Assembly: GCF_009914755.1 (NCBI RefSeq)
Contig: NC_060927.1
From: the human T2T-CHM13v2.0 reference genome, Homo sapiens
Length of the DNA stretch: 64,000 bases
Direction: 5' to 3' (one strand)
Position numbers and translations under genes: made by a program. Every line of letters begins with the position of its first letter. Position 1 is the first letter of the stretch. Under the pieces are notes generated by a model, which saw only the letters and a program-made list of their open reading frames with translations, was not told where the DNA came from and did no database searches. This document shows positions 42,333-64,000 of this stretch, piece by piece.

Positions 42333-43649
42333 ATGAGAAGGGGTCTAAAGTATGTTTGTAAAATTTTTACTGTCTTCCTAGGAAAAAATCACTGACTTAA
42401 AGTATTTATATTGACTTATTTACATTCCTGGGGATGAGGAATTAAAGATTTCACAAATTTTCTTATTGAGAAGATCCAAGTTTTCATGTGAGCAAAACCC
42501 AATATGTAAATTGATATGTAAATTATGCTGCAGATAATATAGTCAAATGTTTACTTGTATTTAATTTGTTACACATGAATATTGCATATGTAAGATAATA
42601 TACTAAGAAATTATCACATTTAATGAAATGCTTTAATCAAATTCCTGATTGAATTTTTGATATCAATATCTTTTTCATTGTTTAATCCATCTTTAGAGTG
42701 AACAGGGCTGTCTAGGCCAAAGTCCTCACTTCTATCTAAATTTCTGAGTTACAGAACTTTTTGAATTTATTATGTTGTCACAGGAAGTTTCCTATTGCTT
42801 GTTTAAAGGAGTCCCTCTCAATATGATGCAGAATCCAAAAGCACTGAAGGGCATATATCCTGAGTTTCTGTTACTGAAGCCAAAGGTTGCCAATTTCTTG
42901 TAGATCCTGCTTCAGTTAAACTTCATTTACGTAATCATTAAAGCTGCATTTATTCCCTCACTTGAAATTTTGATTTCACACTATTAAGACTAATCCTCTA
43001 AGTCTTTGCTAAGTTATGTTCCTCCTTTTCTTGTAGCTTGACTCTGATGATCTCTATATGCAACATCAATTGACATAAATTAAAGTACATTCAGGGCAAG
43101 AGTTTCCTTAAATATTACATTGCTATTCAAAATAATCACAAAAGCACTCATCGTAGGAAAACTTGTGAGGATTCAAATATAGGGAAATACTTTTTCTTTC
43201 TAAGGCATAATTCTGTAAAGAAATTCACCTTAATTTGAATATATATGGGAAAATATCCTTGTTCACTAATAGTCTGTGTTCACTCTGTTTTCTTCCCTCA
43301 TAGACCAGCCAGTTCACTATTATTCTCCAAATGATGTGTGCCTCTCTAGAGTCCAGACTATCTGCATACCTAATTTTTCCCACAAATTACTGTTTTAAAT
43401 TGCACTGAATTCAATTTAAGGGGATGTCATTTATAAAAAGTGCAAATATATACTGCATGAGGGATCTTAGAAATCATATGCATGGTTTGATCCATAAGCT
43501 CATATGAGCGTGCAATGTCAACTTTTTTCATGTTTTTTTAAAATCCACTTAAATTCTATTTTAAGCCACCATCTGTCTGTGCTGTTAGGGCAGTTAGCCT
43601 TAAATCATTTTAAGATGCTCCGCTCTAAGTACTGTGATAGCGATAGAGA

Positions 43650-44052
43650 TGTCACCAGTCAGGAGTCCTAGGAAGCTGACTCTGAGATGGAGATTTGCAT
43701 GCAAGGAAGTTGAAATGGATATTCCCAACACCTGTGGGAGAGTGAAAGCAATAGGATTGGGCAGAGCAGGAAGTCGGCTGGAATGCAATCACTATCATGG
43801 CCGCAGCCCACTCTACAGGGATCTTGGTGAGTTTACCTAACGACCTCAAATTGGAGCACGCAAGCCAGGCCATTATATTTCTGTACCAAGCAGTTCTCGG
43901 ATGTGGGATGCCTTGAGAAGGGACATGAACTTGGATGAAGGAACTTTACTGTGCTGTGAGTATTGTTGCCAGGAGTCAGCTGTCAACACTCCTAGGAGAC
44001 GGGGAATTATGCTTTAGTCACTGAGGTGACATCTAGTGCCAGACCACAGCCT
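43650..44052 (-). mobile_element. LTR16-like (ERVL)
   Basis: ggaagctgactctgagatggagatttgcatgcaagg...gattgggcagag. Confidence 0.65.
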
Positions 44053-44593
44053 TGTTAAACAGAGCCAGAATTTGGAGGATGGATGGTGGGTTTAACATTT
44101 GGGGCTTGACGTCTTGTCCCCACAAGCTGCTGCTGGCCTCTTCCTTGTCCATTTCTGTGTGGCCTGTTTAGGCCCACTGGCTTCCTGCTGCTTCTTTACC
44201 AGTTTGGAATGCAAAAATCTACTCATAATTTGGCCCATGGTCCCTTCTGCTTAGACATATCCTTGTAGCTATTTTTTTTAAAAGATGACTATGCCTTCTA
44301 GAATATTTCTAAGAAACTGCTCACCACTGCTCACCAAGAGGCCTTTGCTTTTTCCTCTTAACCATGGGAAAGGAATGTAGGGGTGTAGGGAGTGGATATT
44401 TTCTAACCTGGAAAAAACTCATTTTACCCTACATATTTTTGTTAGCGAATTCCTTCTTTGCACTTACTCCACAGTCTTTCCAAATTCTCCCAAATCCTCA
44501 AGCTTTTAAAAACAAAAGACAGAAATGATAGCAGGTTATTATTTTTTTTCCACCAAACCTTTTCTTTCTATTCCTTCACATCAGTGAGCTTAG

Positions 44594-45001
<408 letters not shown>

Positions 45002-46169
45002 TTGCTTTGTAATTTTTACATCATATATCCCCTGTGTTAGACCAAAAGCTTGTAAAAGACAGAAGACATACACCATTTATAGTTCAATTAGAGATGTTTA
45101 CTGATAAAACTGATTCTTCGATCTGAGGATGGCATTTGTAGTTACAGTAATGTAGATGACAATCTAAGTTATGTTCAATAAACTGTGTCACTGATATCTC
45201 AATCTACAGCTAACTTTAATTTTTGAAAAGCGAGGAGTGGGTTGTATAGGTTTAGAAATACATCCATTAAGCTAGTTAAGTGATATAGATTCAAACCTTC
45301 AACTCACTGGAATATTTACCAAATTAACTATTCATTATCTAAAGGAGCCATATAAACAAGGTACTTTTTAAAATTCAAAATTATGTAAGGTTTTATTTCC
45401 TTTTTATACTGTTATGAATTGGATTGTAGAGGTTATAAGGTAAAATTACTTTTACGGTAAAACATACATTGTCACAAGAGGGCAGCCTTTGAACATGAAT
45501 TGCTTCTCAGGCATTCCTTGAAATTTTGAGACAGTTACTTTAATTCACACAACTAAATAATAAAACAGAGGATCTAAGAAGATACTTTGACTTATGCATA
45601 TTGTTACTTTTTTATTACTGCTAGTGGAAGATGTAATCTGTAAGGAAGGCAAGGGCTGAATTTGTTTTATGTAAAAAGACAAATTTCTTTGGGTTGTAGC
45701 TTTCAAACATCAAGATAGTAGGTCAATGTCTAAATGAGTGTATCAAATTTCTCACACTAGCACATGTAAATCCACCTCTTATCTACCCAAAATTCTAACC
45801 AAGCAAAGGCAAGTTGGAAGAACCAGACAAATGTAAGTCCCTAGGATGCATAAATGCCACTGGATTTTATGTTTTTAATTTTCAACCTCCCAGGTTTCAC
45901 TAAGAGACATGTTATTTGGAGAGGCTGCTCAAGTGTAATTGTATGATGTCTCTGTGTACGGTTGGTCTGGACCTCTCTCTGTCCAATGGTTGCCCTCAAC
46001 TGATTAGAGCCACCTCTCTAAAGATCACGCTTATGTCCCTGGAGCAGTCCACAGCACTATCAATGTCTGACCTCCACCTTGTTCCAATTAAGATTTCTGT
46101 ACTTACTGAATTGGAAAACATACAGGTGTTTTTTGCCTGGTCACTTGTGGTTTTACAACACTCCCTCGC

Positions 46170-46223
46170 TTCCCCACCACTGCCCCAGGTGATTTTGATG
46201 CCAGCCAAAATGTGAGAACTACT
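46170..46223. mobile_element. MER5A-like hAT terminus
   Basis: ccccaggtgattttgatgccagccaaaatgtgagaactactg. Confidence 0.45.
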
Positions 46224-47077
46224 GGCAGCTGCTGGCAGACAGCAACAAAGGCCCAAATCCTCTGTGTGATTTCAAGACCCGTATCTGGTTTTCAGCTGTA
46301 TTTCCTTCTCACAGCTGAGCCCCCTCCTCCTCCCTCACCACCTGTAGGCTATGCTTTCCAGCCTGTGTCCAGGATTAGTCCTGGGGTAAGGCACGTGGGG
46401 TTTAAGGCGCTCTCTCTTCAGTCTTATTTCTGCACCATCTCTGACAGATATATTCTAGTTGTAATCATGGGGCTACCTCCTTTTGTTTCCAGTCCCATGC
46501 TCGTTTTCTCTATCACATTCTACCTTGTAATAACCTAAATCTTCTGGTGGGCAAGCTTCTTCCTCAAACAAATTTGTGTTTATGAGTTACTGGTTTTGGG
46601 GATCCAGGTATTGCTACTGCCTTGAATGAGGAGACTGCATCCTTCTGTCTGGATTTCTTGAGTTTCTGGATCGTAAACCGTATTAGGGCCCATTTTTCCT
46701 AGAATTGGAGCCTCTACTTTGTTCTTGCTACTTTAGTTCACCCAGAAAGCACGAACTCTGCCTGAATTTCAAAGTGTTGGCTAGTTTAAATATCCTTTTG
46801 TGAGACTTTTGTCTTTCTTCGGGGTGATTTTTTCATCTTACATACCATTGCTAATCCTTTTATCTTGAATGTAATTGAAATAGTTTTAATCTGTGTTACC
46901 AGCAACAAGAACCCCTTTTATGAGATGAAGAAGGCAGGTCAATCTCATAACATGTGTCCCCCTCCGTGTGTTGAATATATGTCAGAGGCAGGCTCTTTCC
47001 TATTTGATGTCTCTCACCAAATTCCAGTGTTTATGTCCTAGGAGGTGCCCAATAAATTCTAGAGTTGATACAAGCTG

Positions 47078-47167
47078 TAATTTTAGAGAAATTAAATTAA
47101 GTTGCTTAATTTAATTTAATTTAAGCAACTTTTGCTTAAATTAAGCAACTTAATTTCTCTAAAATTA
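47078..47167. repeat. AT-rich inverted repeat
   Basis: 36-bp arms around a CTT loop; the left arm carries extra 5-nt duplications. Confidence 0.9.
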
Positions 47168-47284
47168 AGCCCAAAGCAAGTAGAATTAGATTATATACAA
47201 CCTAATCAACTTTTTTTTTTTTTCCTGAGGATGACCAAGATTTGGGCTTCAGTGACAATAGTTGTCCCCTAAATATTTATACTC

Positions 47285-51500
<4,216 letters not shown>

Positions 51501-53665
51501 CATCTAATTTTGCACAGACCAGGGAGTGTCATCAGGTGTGAAGTTGCATTGATGCAAATTTAAATCATTGCAATTTTCTTTATTCAATGGTCAAATACTT
51601 CATCAGTGGTTGAATATTCTGGTATTTCTGCCTGTTTTCTGTTTCTCATTACCATCAAATGTGCATTTAATTTTTTTTAGAGTTTATAGTTTTTTTCCCT
51701 GCATTTGAGTTAGACATGAGCTACTACCACATTTTGTAATTCAAACTTTTTGTCTAACAATGTTTTAAAAAACTCTTTATTTGGAGGGAATTCTCAAATT
51801 TCTAAATACTCTACAAACATTAGGATCAGGGCTCACATTCCCAGTTTCCCTTGTAGCCAGATGTGCATATGAAACATGGCCTCAGCTAATTAAGCATACC
51901 CACATATTTGAAAGTAAGAAAAGTGTTAAGAGGAACTGTAGATATCATTTTAGTTGATGCAAGGGTGGGAAAAAAAAATAACCAACTTTCACTGGTGAAC
52001 TTTGTCTTCAATCATTGTTTTCCTGTGGGTAAGTGGCTAATTTTCTGGCCTAGAGGTGGAATTGGTGTGTTGGTAACAATTGATTTGATGATAACCTGCT
52101 TTTGTCTTTTTAAAAATTGCTAATCCACCGTTGTCTCTGGTCCTGTTTTATACTTATGCAGTGTATAATTTCTCATGCAAAATTTGGTTCTTTGTTTCTC
52201 AGCTTAAACTGGATTTTGATGAGCAGTTTTCACCTTCAAATGAAAGAAATGGCTTTGGTTGATGTTAGACAAAAATAACAAGAGGGAATTAAAGAAATAT
52301 GTTTGTCATCTTGTAACATTACATAAATGAAACTATGAAAATTCAACAATTCTGCTTCATAAAAAAAATAGAAAGTTTCTACTGTTTTTCATTATTTTCA
52401 AAGCTATATCATTAAATGAAATTTCTGCCTCATAGAAGATTTTTAGAACTATGTAATAACATACTGACCATTAGGAGAGAAATGAATAAAGACGGACAGA
52501 AGTAAGCACTGTGTGGTAACGTAGATGGTGCACAGTTGTGTGCATGGAGCCCTAATACATTTTACCATGGAATTTATACAATAAATGTTAGTTTCCTGTG
52601 AACCTGCTAATTAATATGACTTTCGCAGACATTTCATTAACCTAAACAGTTTAGGTTTCCTGTAGATAGACTGCATGTATTCTCATCTTTAACCTTTCCA
52701 TAATGTTCCCTAATTACAGATGTCATTGGTTCTTAATAGCAAAAGAACAGCAGTAGCTTATAAAGTTATATTATTTGTTTTTTACTAATATGTGAAGTGA
52801 TTTTGTCTTTCATTTCACCTCTAGAGCTAATTATGTATTCTAGGTTAACAAAAATTCCAGATTATACCATCATTAATTTAAACTTTACAATGAACTCATT
52901 ATTTCCATTTATTACTAGCCTGCATTATAGCAATATTTAGCTAATGAATTCTCAAAATATTTCTTGAAAGGTGAAAGAGTACCTCAAGTAAAAGGTGTAA
53001 TTAATTTATTTATCAGAATTTTAAATTAAGTGTTCTGTTTAATCTGAAAGGGGTACCAATGAAGTTAGGGCGTAAGGACCCTGTGGTTAATAAAATGGCA
53101 AGAATTAAAAAGGATTATTACATTTTTTCCTCATACTATGATGGCTATAATTTTTTATAACAGTAGAAATGTTTAATTTTTAAAGGCTGCTAGTATCTAT
53201 TTTATTCAAAGATGTGAGCTCTTCAGTTCAACTTGTTGTTTGAAATTTGAACAGCTTTTTCTTGCTCTTGTTCAATACAGTTATTAAACAGTCCAGGCAG
53301 GCCTCCGGAGTTACATATATGCATGTGGCTCTATGCGTATATATACATAGGAATACAAATAGCATATAATAAATTGACATAAGACGTTTGCTTTTGATGA
53401 AAATTCTTCTAAAAGTGAATATAAATTAATAGCATTTGGAGCCTACAAAAATTGTCTAATAGGCAAGTAGGCAAAGATAATCTGTGAACAAAAAGTTTGC
53501 TGAAACATACTTTTTTTTTACATGTAATAACTTTATACTGAAGGGTTTCCAGAAATATATAATGTTATAGGGCACTTATCCCAAGACACACGAAGGAGAC
53601 AAGGGATACAGCTAGGATGGAAGTGAAAACAAAGGACAAATAGAGATAGATACTTAAGTGGAAAC

Positions 53666-53915
53666 GAAACACCGCATGTTCTCACTCATAGGTGGGAAGT
53701 GAACAATGAGAACACATGGACACAGGAAGGGGAACATCACACACTGGGGACTGTTGTGGGGTGGGGGGAGGGGGGAGGGATAGCATTAGGAGATATACCT
53801 AATGCCAAATGATGAGTTAATGGGTGCAGCACACCAACATGGCGCATGTATACATATGTAACTAAACTGCACGTTGTGCACATGTACCCTAAAACTTAAA
53901 GTATAAAAAAAAAAA
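53666..53915 (+). mobile_element. 5'-truncated L1PA (3'UTR only)
   Basis: caccgcatgttctcactcataggtggg, G-tract, aaacttaaagtata(A)n. Confidence 0.93.
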
Positions 53916-55832
53916 TCATCAAACAAGTGGTAATTTCAAAACATGGCTTTTCCAGGCAGCAAATTTTCTGAATGTATCGCAAAAGAAGATAAATCATGTG
54001 TCTATGTAAATCATGCCAATGAAATAAACAATAAAGGTTACTTATTAGAATATTGAAAGTAGTTGATAATAAATAAGTTATTTATATTTATGGTAAAAGC
54101 AATAAACTTGATTTTTAGTGGGTTCAATGACTTCCGGAAAATATCCTCTCACAGATTTTCTCAGAGTGTCTAGTTGGCAAAAGCACAGCTCCAAATAGCT
54201 ATTTCTGTCAACGTCTACGGAACATTTACAGTTCGATTTCCGAAAGTTTCCATTTCTACTGACCTTACAAATTTGTAAAATGAATGCCCAGCACGACAAA
54301 ATATTAAGTGATAAAATTAATTGGATCCTACAAGTGAAAATCTAGGCAAGGAAAATCTTCTTCCTTCTTAATGAATGATTTTTATGTCTCTTCATTCATG
54401 TCCTTCTAGGTAGAGCAACACTCTGGAGACCTTCCTTTGAGGCATTTCACCACCGCAGTAAGTGTGATGTATGACTAATTAGTCCACCCACAGGGGGCTG
54501 GTGAAATTAAATTGGAAGTTGTTTCCTAACTGGCATATCTTGGACTAAAATTAATCTAATAACAGCTTTCATAAGAGAGCATAAGCTTGAAAGACAACAT
54601 TTTTCATTCAACTTTACCAAACAGTGCAAATTTAGGTCTCCAGTTGCGAAGTTTGGTTGTGTGTGGATTGTACAGTGAAGGTACCAGTGGACAACAGTTG
54701 CTCCTCAAGCAAGTTTATACAAAAGCTTTGGGAGAAGTCCAACTCTAGATAAAATTCTAATGTATTTCATGCTTGTGTTCAGAGTTTCTTTTTCTCTCTC
54801 CAAGGTAACCCACATATCAGAAGACGTATGGGTTGTGGGTAGAACTTCCTAAAATTGCTGGTGAAAACTGTGCCATGCATAGACATACTTCACTAGCTTG
54901 AATTTTCTATTAGTCTCACAGGCAACAATTACAATCCTGTATGTTTTTCTATCTCCACACACTCCTGTGCATAGAAAGACCAAGTAACATCCCTGGTTAA
55001 GATATGTACAGGTTACAAGACATGTCTAAACATATTCACCAAGAGGTTTATTATTTTCACAGTGGCATTCACTAAATCAGTTGTCAGTGTAGCAATACTC
55101 AAGGAATAAGCAGGGTCTTTACTTTATCGAAGTTTGGAGTCCACCCCAAGTTAGATCACTGAAACACATAACTATAGATAAGGTCACTCAAAAGCACAAA
55201 TCCAGGTTATAAATATTCAGTAGTAATTTATATGCATTTAGCAATTTGAATGCTGGGAAGTGTAGCCCAGAAAATCAATCGACATGGAACTATTAAAGAG
55301 GCATGTATGGCACCTGTACTTTGAATCTCTTCAGACTCAGGTTAAACAGGAGACACAGTAGCTCATGTATACTGCAATAACCCTTCCTCATTGCCTTTTT
55401 ATCTATGAACCTGCCCTTTTCAATGTTATCTAGATGCCTGAAGGTATGAATACCCTTGATCTTGGTAAAAAAAGGTACCACCAGTCAGCAAAATCTCACT
55501 GATCAGTGTCTATGTTACCTCACTGAGTTAGCCTTTTGTGTTGTCATGGCCCAGGATAACAATGTTGACACAATCCAAACCAGTAGTTGGAAAGTTAATG
55601 TTGGATGCGTCTTTGACAATTGATGGAATGACCTGAAATCAAATGTGAGGCAGTGGAGACTCAAGAATGCTATTCGGGCAGTTAGTGATCTGTGGAGATA
55701 CTAAATGAAATATCTGGAAGGACTTGTAATCTTGCAACTATGCTTTTATGTGTTTTTTGACATAAACAGTTTCTATTTATGATGGAGCTGCAGAGTCCAT
55801 TTCCCATGAAGTTCCCACAGTGTTAACTAATA

Positions 55833-56202
55833 CAGTCATGTGTCACTTCATGACAGGGGTATGTCTGAGAAATGCATTCCTGGACAATTTTATTATTGTA
55901 TGAACATGGCAGAGTTTACTTACACAAACCTAGATGCTATAGCTGATTACATACCTAGGTTATGTGGTATAGCCTATTCCTCCTAGGCTACAAACCTGTG
56001 CAGCATGTTACTGTACTGAATACTGTAGGCAATTGTAACACAACAGTTAAGTATATCTATGCTTACTTATATCTATACAGTAAGTGTATCTATACATGTC
56101 TAAACATACAAGAGGTACAGTAAAAATAGTGTTATGATTTTATTGCACCACTGTCATATATATGCACCATCCTTGACCAAAATGTTATGTGATGCATGAT
56201 TG
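55833..56202. mobile_element. Tigger3a-like non-autonomous DNA transposon
   Basis: TIRs CAGTCATG...CATGATTG with TA target duplication. Confidence 0.85.
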
Positions 56203-57142
56203 TAACAAAAGAATTAATTAAAGATAATATTGAAGTGCCTATTGAGATTTCAATGAAGAAAGGAATATTTGTAAATTCTGATTACCTTAAGTGAGAGCTG
56301 ACTTTCTTCCTGTTTCCATGGCTGTTCTTGTGAAAGAGGATAGCTTTCCAAAGACCTGAAATCTCTGACAAATCTTGCAATTCTCTATTGCCTGCGTTAT
56401 GAAGGTCACCTGGTATCAAATGAGGCAAAATGGTAGATTATAAAGACCTGTACTTTCTTGTCAGTTCCTAAACATAGCAAGCATTGGTCTGTCTTGAACA
56501 CTTCTGCAGTTATAAACTAGCCTTGGGTCATGATTTTCTGCCTTTTTATCATAGACAAGATTTAATTTAGGAGATGTCCATTTAATGTGTAATGTGAATA
56601 GTAAGTGCCACTTATGAAGCCCTATTTTCTTCCAGCCATTTTAATTGTCAAATCTGTCCAGTCAAGATGCATTGTTAGAGGCTTCACTGACAACACTGTC
56701 TGTATGTGTGTCTGTGTGTGTGTGTGTGTGTGTATACATACATATGATTGAGCAGGATTTAATGTAAGTCAAATCAGTCTCAAATTTCTTAGGACAATAC
56801 AGCTTCCTTGGCCATTCCCTTGGAGCTCCGGGTTGAGGAGCTGGTGATGTGTATTTCTTTTGCATGTTCTCCACATTATCCCTATGCAGGCCTTCCATGG
56901 GCTTGGTTTTGGAACCAGTGATGAGGAATATCATTAGAATTGTTGTGCTCAAAAAGATTCCTCCATTCTTCTGTACAAGCAACGGCAATTTTCCCAGACC
57001 AATATTTCTTCTTTTGAAATGGTAAATTTTGAATATTAACTGGTTACTATAATCCCATAAAATAACAAAGTTTGAGTCCTATGAACTGTGTTTTAGGCTA
57101 AAGTTGTGTTTTATGTTAAATCATCATTTACTCCTTGTATGA

Positions 57143-57144
<2 letters not shown>

Positions 57145-57185
<41 letters not shown>

Positions 57186-57340
57186 AGACAGAGTCTCACA
57201 CGGTCACCCAGGCTGGAGTACAGTGGTGCAATTTTGGCTTACTGCAAGCTCCGCCTCCCAGGTTCACACCATTCTCCTGCCTCAGCCTCCTGAGTAGCTG
57301 GGACTACAGGTGCCTGCCACCATGCCCGGCTAATTGTTTT
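57145..57340 (-). mobile_element. Alu right arm only (Y-like) with a pure 40-nt tail
   Basis: T40 followed by the right monomer, ending at the linker. Confidence 0.92.
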
Positions 57341-59003
57341 TTAAGATTAAGGGCAAAATCAAAGGTGCTCCCCTAAATTACATTCATAAATAAGGATGAT
57401 TAAAGCAAGCTATTTATTTATTAGAAACACATACTCCAAATTTAGCGTCTAAGACATGACAGCCTTTCAAGAGACATCAATTTACTTTTTAGTGTCTATA
57501 GCTATCTTTGTATTCATGTTATTGGTGTCCATAGTATTTCATTAGATGTTCTGGGTAAATTGATAAATGAAAATAATGTATATGATAAGGAGAACAACCT
57601 AGGCCTCCTGGAGGGCCCCTTACAACTCAGCTGGTGTTAGCAGAAATGCTGGGTGTAATGGTGAGAAACAACCTTTCAAAAGTGTTGAGTAGTTTTTCAG
57701 GCAGAGGAATATGTATGCCAATCCAGGCAGCAAGATAAGTGGAGGTCAGTTAAAAGATCAGGCTGTGATTACACGTTATTTTTTAGGTTTCTACTGAGAG
57801 GAAATATAACACTCAGTTATTTTCTCCGTATATCTCTGGTTATTTTGTCACAACCTTTTATGTAAGCTGCTACCAAACGCTGGGTTATCCAAGATCTGTG
57901 GGTCGTATTCAATATTTGCTTTTCCCTCAACTACTAACACGTTTGATTCCCTTTGTAACTTTCTCCCCTATTTCTCCTTTCAACCTGTTTTCTCAAACCT
58001 CACTGAGTTAATGAGCCTCCCTGTATACTCTCATACCCTGTTTCATCTCTAAGCTCCCTTGACCTGAAGAGATTTCCTTTTCCTACTAGTATAGTCATCT
58101 CATTCCCTAATTTATTTCTTCTTATTTCTCTCTATATTTTTTATTCTTTTAGACACAGCTCATGTCTCATGACTTCCAAAAAGTTTTTCTTCTGATATTC
58201 CCAGCTTGAATTAGGTATATCCTAATCAGTTTCCTTAGACTTACCACTCTGCATATTATTTGCTTGCAATCTGTCTTAGGCTGGGAATTAGCTGCTTGTA
58301 GGCAGGGGCTAGAATTTATTTACTCTTATGTCCATAATGCCTGACAGAAGACCTATTCTCACATACAAATTGTAAGGCCATAATTCCTGAGAACATATGT
58401 ATATTGTAGTGACTCATAAAGGCTTGAAATAAATTTTTAAAATGATGAATTGGGAAGTCCATGAACTTGATATCTCGATGTAGAAGAAAAGCAAGGGCAG
58501 ATGAAGAAGTTATACAGGATACTTGAAATACCAGAAGAATATAGTCAGAGAGCAATAAATTAATCCTGGATTTTTAGATGTGAAGAAGTTCTGAGAAATA
58601 TTTGAAGACATGACTCTAGGAATCAGTACATAACAGAGACCAGTAGCCAGAGTCAGAGCTTTTCAGAGTGAAGAAATTGCATTGCAGGGGGAAGGGCTGT
58701 TGTATACTAAACAGAAATTGTCATTAAATGGAAGACTAAGCAAGAGGCTGATGATCCATGGATGAGAGACGCAAAAAGGTGTGGAGATAGACGTAGATGC
58801 CATAATGTACAAAGAAGATATTTTTGTGCCAGGAAGAAAGAATAGATCTAGAATGTAATAAAAGATAAATCATTAACTATGTTGTAATGTGGTCTGAGAA
58901 CTCACTGAAGGCATAGCCATTGATATTAACTTCCACTTTGCTTCCAGACAAAATATTTTATTTATTTTATTTTATTTTACTAATTTATTTTTTTAACGTA
59001 TGG

Positions 59004-64000
<4,997 letters not shown>

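Overview
Primate (human-like) genomic DNA. Most of the window is transposable-element relics. One host gene can be supported: the 5' end of a KRAB zinc-finger gene on the minus strand, ZNF717 or a segmental-duplicate paralog. Its CpG-island promoter lies at ~12.4-13.0 kb and its first coding exon at 10573-10629 encodes MFPVFSGCFQELQEKNKSL. The following intron runs off the left edge. It holds ERV1 relics antisense to the gene, a ~90-copy 35-bp minisatellite and a 42-bp hairpin-unit array. Upstream of the gene are an old L1MA, a TSD-flanked L1PA7/8-like element whose 5'UTR appears spliced, an Alu-riddled ERV1 internal region, an HML-3 provirus nested in an HML-1 provirus, older repeats and a long L1PA3-like element. 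Nearly all listed ORFs are repeat-derived. Repeat family names come from my memory of consensus sequences, not from a search, and boundaries are approximate. I found no clearly new protein-coding system. The best leads are the two intronic arrays and the spliced L1.
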